The notes under the pieces were generated by a model, which had not been told where the DNA came from, did not search any database, and saw only the letters and a program-made list of their open reading frames with translations. A program made the translations under genes and the position numbers. A DNA stretch of 64,000 nt, from positions 32,180,001 to 32,244,000 of the forward strand of contig OZ076409.1 of assembly GCA_964187785.1 (NCBI GenBank). The letters run 5' to 3'. Source of the DNA: Amphiscolops sp. MND2022 (Eukaryota). How positions within the stretch are numbered: the stretch's first letter is position 1; each line of letters begins with the position of its first letter. Positions 46,533 to 55,999 of this stretch are shown here, piece by piece.

Positions 46533-48383
46533 TCATCCGAAAACAGTGTCTTTCAGAAAAAGGTTTTCATTTTCCTGAATCTTCCCTCCAAGTGTGAACT
46601 TCTCTGTGACATCCGCTCCGAGGAGGATGTCAATTGACGACGGTTCATTGAATCGAGGATCGGCTAGTTTCAAATTTGCAAGATTCTTGAAATGCGATTG
46701 AGGCACTGGACTTGAGGGTAGATTGTTTGTGATCTTCGTGAGGACGAAAGCCTCCACAATGACTATTCTCTGCTCGACGATAATGGGTATGTCGACAGTG
46801 GCTCGAGATTTGACCTGGTTTTCACTTCCAAGGCCGTTGATCTCCATGTAGTTGCGTTTCTTCGAAAGACCAAGTGTTTGAACACATGATTCAGTGATAC
46901 AACTGATTTCTGATCCTGAGTCGAAAAACGCTCGGCAATACACTGAATTGTTTGCTCGGCTCTGAACTGATATCATTGCTGTAGGCAGCAAGGTCTGCTT
47001 CGAGAAGGTATGAGAAGAATGGTTACTAACACTTGCCGAACCCCTTGTCATTGAAGATCTAGATTCATCACCCCGTGGTCTTTGCTGATGAATGAGAGTG
47101 TGGTGTTTGCTGCCACACGTCCGACATTTGTACTGACTCGAACACTCGCTTGCTGTGTGTCCCTTTCTAAGGCAGTTGTAACACAAGCCGTTAGATTGCA
47201 CCATCTTGAGTTTGTCTTCTATGATGAGATCGTTGAAGGTTTGGCATGCTTGGATTCTATGATTCTCTCCGCAACAAAAGCATAACTCTGCCACGCCAGA
47301 GTACACGGCTGTCTTCGAGGAGCCGTTGTCTGGAGGCCTAGATCCACTGGAACGCCACTGGGAGGACCTCGTTTCGCTGGAATGCTTCGCGGATGCATGG
47401 AGCACACTTTGAAATTTCTGTGATTTTGACACCTCACATGAACTTTCTAGTGCTCTACATCGTCTCTCAAGGAAGTTCTTGAACTGGTCGTACGATTGTA
47501 AATCCGATCCAGTAGATGACATTTCCCACTTCTCACGAGTCTCAGGATCTAATTTTTCAGTGACCAAGTGTAGAAGTAGAAAATCACATTCCTTGACGTT
47601 GACTCCTTGATTTTCCAGAGCTCTTCGATTTTGGTCCAGGATTTCTTGAACATTTCTGAGTATTCGCACGTTCTCTTGATGACCCTTCGGAATAGACATC
47701 ATGGCTTCAATGTGCGCTTTCACCAGTGCTCTCTTATTCTGAAATCTGTCATTGAGAATGTCTCGAGCGATTGCATAATTTGCGTCGGTGACGGTGATCG
47801 ATGAAAGCAATCTCGCGGCGTTTCCTTTTAGAGCTGTTTTCAGATATTGCAATTTCTGCGAATCAGACAAATTTGTGTTATTGTGTAAGGAGGATTCAAA
47901 ATTGTCACGAAATGAAGTCCAATCGAGATAGTTTCCGTCAAAGTTCGCTAACTGCATAGTGGGTAGTTTCATTTTCGCGCTAGACATCGTCGGGTTGGCT
48001 ATGGAAGCTGCTTGCACTGAGGCATCCAATGAGGTTTCCTCGAGTCGTCTTCTCATTTGCTTGAGCAATTTTCGTACATCGGTAGAATAGTCCGATGCAA
48101 CATCAACCTCGTCCTCTAGATCCACATCTTCCACCAGTTCTTCGATTTGCTTGATCTTCGATTCAATGTCTTTGAGCTTGAGGGTTATTGCTTCCTCCAA
48201 ACGCTCAATCTCTTCTTTCTGTGAAGTAGTCAAGGCATGACCTGGAATCCTGAGAAGGGCTTCCGAGGCTCTGGTGAGTCTTGTGATGACTCCTTTGTGC
48301 GCTGATCGCGACTTGTTGAGTCTAGTCAGCTGCTGTTCATCAGTGGTTGATGAACCAGTTTGTGCGCTTTCTGGACTTGACAT
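46533..48383 (-). CDS. gag: Bel/Pao gag-protease
   Basis: KLP..L..FDG..W..F, QKLQYL; three Cys/His knuckles (CFCC..H..C, CYNCL..GH..C, CRTC..HHTLIH); FFDSGS protease; DILLGAD. Confidence 0.92.
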   Translation of the reverse strand: MSSPESAQTGSSTTDEQQLTRLNKSRSAHKGVITRLTRASEALLRIPGHALTTSQKEEIERLEEAITLKLKDIESKIKQIEELVEDVDLEDEVDVASDYSTDVRKLLKQMRRRLEETSLDASVQAASIANPTMSSAKMKLPTMQLANFDGNYLDWTSFRDNFESSLHNNTNLSDSQKLQYLKTALKGNAARLLSSITVTDANYAIARDILNDRFQNKRALVKAHIEAMMSIPKGHQENVRILRNVQEILDQNRRALENQGVNVKECDFLLLHLVTEKLDPETREKWEMSSTGSDLQSYDQFKNFLERRCRALESSCEVSKSQKFQSVLHASAKHSSETRSSQWRSSGSRPPDNGSSKTAVYSGVAELCFCCGENHRIQACQTFNDLIIEDKLKMVQSNGLCYNCLRKGHTASECSSQYKCRTCGSKHHTLIHQQRPRGDESRSSMTRGSASVSNHSSHTFSKQTLLPTAMISVQSRANNSVYCRAFFDSGSEISCITESCVQTLGLSKKRNYMEINGLGSENQVKSRATVDIPIIVEQRIVIVEAFVLTKITNNLPSSPVPQSHFKNLANLKLADPRFNEPSSIDILLGADVTEKFTLGGKIQENENLFLKDTVFG

Positions 48384-48467
48384 CTTGAAAGGAATGTCAA
48401 GTAATGTCACAGAGGACGAATTGATCTTCTTTTCCGGTTTCTGTATCCCGGGTGGTCGCGGCACCAA

Positions 48468-48792
48468 TGTAAATTGTGTATATTTCCCTTTGGAAATTCA
48501 ATGTATATTTCCTTGTGGAAATTCTCTCTGAATTCAATCTGATTCAAACGAGGTTTTTAACAGAAAGAGATTCAATTAATGCTAGAAGAACGGAATAATC
48601 AGAGTTGAAATGTGGGAACTAGCTAATCTGAATGGTTGAAAACAAAACCAATGAGTTTTACCGCACAAAGGTGTGAACAAAAATCAAACTTCATACGTGA
48701 AACAATATGATTAGTTGCATGAACAGCATGGCAACGTGTCAGATAAACATGCCTAGAATAAAATTGAACTAAACGAAATTTTGGCGTTAACA
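48468..48792 (-). repeat. Bel/Pao 5' LTR
   Basis: Direct repeat of 43692-44016; followed by the PBS. Confidence 0.97.
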
Positions 48793-49228
48793 GTGCCCAA
48801 ACCATCTCAGGATACTAGTTTTCAGACATTCGATTACATCAGGCCAGTCAATCAATATCAATCAAACATCGTCTCTATTTAATAAGTTTATCACAACAAA
48901 ATGAAATGAAAAGAGGGAGGAGACATGACGGGATGGAATACCACAACACCGAAACGATAGTTCAAATCCTGATTGTCAGCGGGCGCTGCTAGTACTCCTC
49001 CCTCGAAATGAGTTCAGGCTGTAATTTGTCAATGAATGAAGAGAGTTGAGGACACGAGAAAAATCCAAAACGACCATGAACGAGATACCCCGAGAAATTG
49101 GCTGTAACTATAGGACCCTAAGTTCGTTAGCCGAGCAATGCGATGATTAGTCATTGCTAGTCTGGGGATAAAATTATACACACGTGAAGTATAAAACATC
49201 TAGAGAAATAAATAACAATATAACTAAC

Positions 49229-49621
49229 TTTTCGAATCCAAGAAAGATAAATGATGAAATAGGACGCAACTGTCAAGCAAATTGACATCATCAATCCTGA
49301 TAAACTCAACCAAAACCAATCCACTCGATCGTCTGCTTTCATAACAATTGGAAGTTGTGTGTAATAAAAAACCCAAATACTGGATAACATCCAAAAAACG
49401 CCACTGACTGTGAAAGCACCTTCACTTCGCTGTGACCTGTACAAACTCAGTTTCTCAAACTCATCATCCGACATTGCAAAAGGGTCACGAATGCCTGCAT
49501 TTCCTGTTTCACGTGTAATTTCGGAACGTTTTCGCACAGTGGAGGAAATTCCAAGACTATCTGAGCTGTCACGATTCGAATTTATCAGCAGAGGTATCTC
49601 ATCGAAAGACGTCTCTTCCAT
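49229..49621 (-). CDS. TMEM128: TMEM128-like protein, first coding exon (~131 aa)
   Basis: ATG at 49621; FW.L.SI.V.YY and two hydrophobic helices as in TMEM128; donor AAA|GTTAGT at 49228 in phase 0 joins to 30275 to give ~190 aa. Confidence 0.85.
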
Positions 49622-49653
49622 ATCTTTACTTGAAAAATTCAATGCATTATATC

Positions 49654-49810
49654 AGTTGAAATTATAGCGTACAGTGCTGAAGTTATTTATATTCAGATTA
49701 GAGACATCACAGCATCTAGAATAAATTTGAATAAAAAAGACAAGATAATCACAGACAAAACGGTAACACTATAAAACAGTAAAACATAAGTCTATAATCT
49801 TGTTTCAACA
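49654..49810 (-). repeat. Ty1/copia 3' LTR candidate (157 bp); copy at ~60312-60468
   Basis: PPT-like GGGGGAG then TGTTGAAA...TTTCAACT; TATAAAT at 49691-49685. Confidence 0.6.
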
Positions 49811-50080
49811 CTCCCCCATGATTATGACTTCGTCAATCCCAATTGTTTCTCTTTAATCCCAATCACATAACTTCATGAATCCTGGGTATGGCAAAGGTTT
49901 AGTCGTCCAGTTGATATCCAGTTAGATATCGTCCAGTTGATCGCTTGAAGAGATCGGTTCTTCCTTGGCAACTAATTTTTCTCGGACGAAATGATGACAA
50001 ATAACTATGTGCTTTGTTCTTTCATTGTTTTGATCATTCTTAGCGAGACAAATAGCCCCTCGATTATCTTCACAAATTGC
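49811..50080 (-). pseudogene. Ty1/copia RNase H C-terminal remnant
   Basis: ICEDNRGAICLAKN...RTKHIVICHHFVRE...TKPLP. Confidence 0.85.
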
Positions 50081-50259
50081 TCATCAGAATTGGATGGTCG
50101 TCATCAGTCAGCGTTTTTTTTTTAAAAAAACGCTTCTTTATTCATCATGTGCCCCCAGCCCGGGCAGCAGACAAAAGAATCCAACCAACATAGAAAACAT
50201 AGACACAGAGGCGAAGCGGTGCTTCGCAACACATGACGAAGACAGGCAATCAGAATTGG

Positions 50260-50835
50260 TGCCACTGTGGTAAAAGAGTTGAACGGGACGGTTTACACGG
50301 TCTTTCTTGCACCAAGAGTGCTGGTCGCTTCTCACGTCATGCTACTCTCAATTCCCTCATAAAGCAGACGTTGGGATCTCTCGACTTGCCTTCAATGCTC
50401 GAACCGCGTGGGCTGTACCGAACTGATGGCAAGCGCCCAGATGGTGTTACCATGATTCCTTGGGAAATGGGTAAACAGCTGGTGTGGGATGTCACGGTTG
50501 TGGATGCTCTTGCACCCAGTCGCCTGAACCAAGGCTCTTTATGCAACCCGGGAACCACCGCCACCGAGGCTGAAGCGCGTAAAATTGAGAAGTATCGCGA
50601 ATTAATAGACAATGGATACATTTTTCAGCCAGTGGCCTTGGAAGTACAGGGTTCTTTAGGCGAGAGCAGTGAAATTTTCATCACGCGTCTCTGTAAATTG
50701 CTCTGTCGTTCGCACGACGATCAACGAGCTGGCAGCTTTTTGAAGCAACGGATTTCAATGGCTCTTCAGATCGGCAATGCGGCCTGTTCTAGGAACTGTG
50801 AGCGACAGAGATGCGTTCGAGGAAATTTTATTACA
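50260..50835 (+). pseudogene. CRE-clade non-LTR retrotransposon 3' fragment (Zn finger + restriction-like endonuclease)
   Basis: CHCG..GLHGLSC, RH, EP..L.R.DGKRPDG, LVWDVTVVD, AEARKIEKY, QRISMALQIGNA. Confidence 0.85.
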
Positions 50836-50970
50836 TATAGCCTAATTTTTTTTGACCTTTATCAAAGCAGCTATAAAAAAATTTCACCGGTCGACTGCAT
50901 AGTGGCTGGTTTGAGTAGTTTGTTGGTTGTTTTTTTTGTTACTGGTCTACTGGTATAGTGGCTGGTATGT

Positions 50971-52739
50971 ATGCAGGTCATTTCGCCTAATGCCATTTCG
51001 CCTGAAAATTTAGTTGTCATTTCGCCTAAAAAAATTAGGCGAAATGACCAAACGGGAATAACGTCTAAATAATCATGTTTCGAAAAAGGCTTTCTGAAAG
51101 CGAAAATATCAAAATGTGGGGCATATGCGGTGTATGCACACTCGCCCTCACCGTCGCAAAGACCAGCTCCCACTACGATCGCTTCGCGATCTCCGTTCCC
51201 GCTAGGTCTTTGCTCCTGTTCGACCTCGCTTAGCAAGATGGAACATAAGCGGCCCCAAGGGGACGCGGGGCACTAGAAGGAATGGGACATATCCGAGGCA
51301 CGTTTTCTATTTTATATCACTTTTTAGTTTTAGATCTTAAACGATTTATTTGTTCTCCAATTTCATGTGTTTTTCACGTTTCTGAAAAAAAATTAGGCGA
51401 AGTGACCAAAGTAAAAGACGTTTCGCCTAAAAAAATTAGGCGAAGTGACCAAACACGTTAGGCGAAATGACTTTAGGCGAAATGGCATTAGGCGAAATGA
51501 CCATTTCCCGCTGGTATGGGGTTCCTTTTTTTCGTTGCAGACCACGGGTGTGTGTCTTCTCCCCCCAACATGATGAGATGAGGATGCAGGTCATTTCGCC
51601 TAATGCCATTTCGCCTAAAAATTTAGTTGAGTCATTTCGCCTAAAAAAATTAGGCGAAATGACCAAACGGGAATAACGTCTAAATAATCATGTTTCGAAA
51701 AAGGCTTTCTGAAAGCGAAAATATCAAAATGTGGGGCATATGCGGTGTATGCACACTCGCCCTCACCGTCGCAAAGACCAGCTCCCACTACGATCGCTTC
51801 GCGATCTCCGTTCCCGCTAGGTCTTTGCTCCTGTTCGACCTCGCTTAGCAAGATGGAACATAAGCGGCCCCAAGGGGACGCGGGGCACTAGAAGGAATGG
51901 GACATATCCGAGGCACGTTTTCTATTTTATATCACTTTTTAGTTTTAGATCTTAAACGATTTATTTGTTCTCCAATTTCATGTGTTTTTCACGTTTCTGA
52001 AAAAAAATTAGGCGAAGTGACCAAAGTAAAAGACGTTTCGCCTAAAAAAATTAGGCGAAGTGACCAAACACGTTAGGCGAAATGACTTTAGGCGAAATGG
52101 CATTAGGCGAAATGACCATTTCCCGCTGGTATGGGGTTCCTTTTTTTCGTTGCAGACCACGGGTGTGTGTCTTCTCCCCCCAACATGATGAGATGAGGAT
52201 GCAGGTCATTTCGCCTAATGCCATTTCGCCTAAAAATTTAGTTGAGTCATTTCGCCTAAAAAAATTAGGCGAAATGACCAAACGGGAATAACGTCTAAAT
52301 AATCATGTTTCGAAAAAGGCTTTCTGAAAGCGAAAATATCAAAATGTGGGGCATATGCGGTGTATGCACACTCGCCCTCACCGTCGCAAAGACCAGCTCC
52401 CACTACGATCGCTTCGCGATCTCCGTTCCCGCTAGGTCTTTGCTCCTGTTCGACCTCGCTTAGCAAGATGGAACATAAGCGGCCCCAAGGGGCCGCGGGG
52501 CACTAGAAGGAATGGGACATATCCGAGGCACGTTTTCTATTTTATATCACTTTTTAGTTTTAGATCTTAAACGATTTATTTGTTTTCCAATTTCATGTGT
52601 TTTTCACGTTTCTGAAAAAAAATTAGGCGAAGTGACCAAAGTAAAAGACGTTTCGCCTAAAAAAATTAGGCGAAGTGACCAAACACGTTAGGCGAAATGA
52701 CTTTAGGCGAAATGGCATTAGGCGAAATGACCATTTCCC
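50971..52739. repeat. Three head-to-tail ~615-bp units, each holding a ~530-bp MITE
   Basis: Units start at 50971, 51584 and 52199. Each has a TIR GGTCATTTCGCCTAATGCCATTTCGCCTAAA and its reverse complement. Confidence 0.95.
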
Positions 52740-52861
52740 CTTGATGATACACATTGCACTTGATTGATGACGAAGATCCATGATATCTGATAGAAGAGGA
52801 AAAAAGGCAATCAGAATTGGATCGTCGTCATCAATCAGCGTTTCTTAAAAAAAAAACGCTT

Positions 52862-54145
52862 CTGTTTTCATCATGTCCGACGGTGCTTCTGTCAGGTTCG
52901 CCCTCCCCAACCATAAATCCAGAGCCTTTTCAAACGATGCATCAACATAGTCTTCCGGGAGGATACATGACAAAGCACGTTTGGCACCCGATGCTGAAGC
53001 TAAAAAAGCAGGAAGATCAATCTGGGAAGCCGATGCAATGCCTATGCCCCCTTTGGAGACTGGGAGAATTGCTTGAGTATAGCTGCTTTCATCAAAATTC
53101 ACATTGCAGATTTTGGACAATGTTTTGCGGATAATGGAATCGGCTTCGGGCAATAAGTTCGATTTACTGAGTTCGAATTTGAACTAGTGCAAAAAGTTCG
53201 AATGAAATAGTTTCGAGACACCAAAATCGAATTTTCAAATCGGGCATATCCGGTGTAAACTGGAAATCCTTCACACAAGATCCTGAGCGCTCCACCGCCT
53301 GGGATCTAAAGGAATCTAAAAACTGAAATGTGGGGCATATCCGGTGTATGCACGCTCACCCTCGCAAAGACCAGCTCCCACTACGATCGCTTCGTGACCT
53401 CCGTTCCCGCTAGGTCTTTGCTCCTGTTCGACTTCGCTTAGCAATATGGGAACATAAGCGGGGCACTAGATGAAATGGGAAACTAGCAAAGGCACGTTTT
53501 ATACCTAGTTAAAAATTCGAACACTGTGATTCGAACTTATTCCGGTTTTTGGAAAATTCGAACTTAGTCCATTCGAAATTAAAATTCGAACTTATGCGTT
53601 CGAACTTATTACCGTGCCCCATGGAATCAAACTGCTGTAGGAGGTTCAGCTCTTCAAAGCAAGGGCTGGTATGAAGAAAGTAAAGTAGTTTAGGTAGACT
53701 AAAGCAGTTCTTCAACAAGTAGAAACCATAGTGGGCATCTAATTTCGTAACGACTTCAGATAGTTTTTGCAATTCACTCATTTTTTGTAAATCTGGCGTC
53801 GTTGTCGAAAAACGGTGTCTAAGATTTTGTCACGTTTCAGCGAGTTAAAGGCATTTTTGAAGTCCATCTTCAGAATAACGTATTCAGGATTCTGCTCGTT
53901 CTCAATGAGGTTTCGAAAAACATGTGCTGCGATTTCACCTCCACGACTTGTTCCGCAGCCGAACTGCGTACCATGGAAATCAATTCGTCGTTGGTCAGTC
54001 GCGAAAGAGCTCACACATTTCGAGCATATTCGACGCAGGGTATTTCCAACAGCAATTGGTCGAATTCTGCCGTCTTTTTTTCCGAAGACCGATAAGTTTA
54101 GCACCAAAGAAAAAAGGTCTCAAACCTACAGGGACTTTGCCTTCC
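52862..54145 (-). pseudogene. CRE-clade reverse transcriptase fragment, interrupted by a MITE
   Basis: KKDGRIRPIAVGNTLRR, QFGCG..GGE, KMDFKNAFNS, LPKLLYFL, QAILPVSKGGIGI. Confidence 0.85.
53142..53620. mobile_element. MITE with 8-bp TSD ATGGAATC
   Basis: TSD at 53134-53141 and 53621-53628; aataagttcga / tcgaacttatt inverted ends; removing it restores LQQFDSIIRKTL in the CRE RT. Confidence 0.9.
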
Positions 54146-54268
54146 AAGACAATACATTAAAAAAAAACATTTTTCCACGAAGACGAATCATGGCTAGACG
54201 AATGCCGAAAAATCGTATATATTCAATCGCATGAGTATATATTCAACAGTTCAACTTTGTTCAATAAC

Positions 54269-54340
54269 GTCCCTATGGCACAGTGGTCAACACTTTGGCC
54301 GTGCAATCGGGAGGCTGCAGGTTCGAATCTCTCTGGGGTT
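54269..54340 (+). repeat. tRNA-like SINE head (copy at 60982-61053)
   Basis: A box TGGCACAGTGG and B box GGTTCGAATC at tRNA spacing; acceptor, anticodon and T stems are poor. Confidence 0.55.
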
Positions 54341-54924
54341 TTGGCTTTTATCTAAAAGGCGCTCATTATGAAGTTGACTATTGTGGAAAAAAAACTTATT
54401 TAGCTGAACTGCAATGCACATTGACTTCGTCATGTGCAAAAATTGAGAAACGAGATCATGCAAACAGAGTGTTAAATGGACCCAGGACCAGGGACTTGTA
54501 AAAATTAATTGCAATGATCTCTTCACAATTAATTGATTTTCAGCTGTCGATGAAACAAATTAATTGATTGCAAAACATGCAATTAACTAAAGTTATAGAC
54601 TAAAATAATTTAACTAAAATGCTTTTGTTTCAATTCACTTTATGATAAGCAGCTGCGAAGCATGTTTGCGCCAATGTCCCTCTGTTGGTTGCGAGAATGC
54701 TTTGCTTGTAGTTCTCGAAGAAGTCTCGCCCTTGGTTCTTGAATAGCGGACCACCTGACCACTATCAGGAAATAAGATTTTGATTTCGGCTGAAGAGATT
54801 CGAACAAAACTGAGTTAAAGCTTTAAAGGCTCTATTAAACTAAAAGATTATTGCGTTTTTGCATGTTTTTGCAGCTCAAGACAATTCACAGCTCTCATCA
54901 TGGGGGTGGGATTTTTAACTCTTA

Positions 54925-55472
54925 CCAGTCACTTGGCTTAATACCATTTGGCTTAATTTTTTTCGTCGAGTCATTTGGCTTTAAAATTTTAAGTCAAGTG
55001 ACCACAAAATTAAGCCAGCTCCATTTCAACTCAAGGAATAAAAATGTCAACTCCCGGAAATATCATAATTTGGGGCATATGCGGTGTATGCACGCTCGCC
55101 CTCACCGTTGCAAAGACCAGCTCCCACTACGATCGCTTCGCGATTTTCGTTCCCGCTAGGTCTTTGCTCCTGTTCGACCTCGCTTAGCAAGATGGGAATG
55201 TAAGCGGCCCCAAGGGCCCGCAGGGAACTAGAAGAAATTGGGACAAATCCGAGGGGTACTTGATATGACATGTTACAATAATACGCTGACTACGTTATAA
55301 AGATAAATTCGACAAAATCTGCCACGTGTTTTCAACGAAGTGGTTTTAAGTCAAATGACTTTAAGCCAACTGACCAATACCCGAGACACGTAGCCTAAAA
55401 AATTAAGCCAAGTGACCAATTGTATTAAGCCAAATGACTTCAAGCCAAATGGCATTTGGCCAAGCGACCATT
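54925..55472. mobile_element. MITE with TTGGCTTAA/TTAAGCCAA arms and the shared core (partial copy at ~61636-62060)
   Basis: Arm architecture parallels the TTCGCCTAA MITE; same ~170-bp core (ggggcatatgcggtgtatgcac...cgcttagcaagatgg). Confidence 0.75.
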
Positions 55473-55557
55473 TACATTTTTAACAATAAAGCACAATATT
55501 TAGAATTCATGTACCAGTCAATCGACACAAAAGACACGAGATTATGTAATTTGGAAT

Positions 55558-55906
55558 GGGGGGGCGGAAATAGGTCGAAGGAACGGGATCGAAAATCACA
55601 GTTAGTCCTCAGGTCGACATACCAAATTTTTGAATGGGATCGGAACAACTCGGATCGAAATTTTTATAACGTAGTCAGATATGTTCACATACCCCTAGTG
55701 CCCTGAATGCAGGAGCGAAGCGGAGCGGAGCGACGTGCCATATGGCCATGGCTCAATGTTGCTACTTGGCGAAGGGAGCGAAGCGACCGAGCCATACAAC
55801 AAATACGATAAAATTCGACCGCATTCCATTCGATCCCTGCAATTCGATCAAAAGGTTCGACCTCTGTCCTTTCGACCAGAACAATTCAATTTATTTACAG
55901 CCACCC
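55558..55906. mobile_element. 349-bp insertion with 9-bp TSD ATTTGGAAT (Mutator-like MITE)
   Basis: TSD at 55549-55557 and 55907-55915; single-copy empty site at 62100-62108 in the duplicated segment. Confidence 0.85.
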
Positions 55907-55999
55907 ATTTGGAATTATGTAACTGCACGCTTATTGGCTAACAAATATGTTGTATGCATTGGCAAAACACATTGTTCAATTAAGTCTACACAACAAATA

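Larger units (their letters stand above)
43692..48792 (-). mobile_element. Bel/Pao LTR retrotransposon, internally deleted, 5101 bp
   Basis: Two 325-bp TG..CA LTRs, 5-bp TSD GTGCC, PBS TGGTGCCGCGACC (tRNA-His-like), PPT AAGGGGCGGAGTA. Confidence 0.97.

Noticed and set aside
50971..52739. CRISPR-like or coding interpretation of the repeated units (LGEM-repeat ORFs)
   Set aside because: Spacers are identical, units are 615 bp, there are no cas genes, and the ORFs derive from MITE arm motifs.
54269..54340. Functional tRNA gene
   Set aside because: A and B boxes are present but the acceptor, anticodon and T stems pair poorly; treated as a SINE head.
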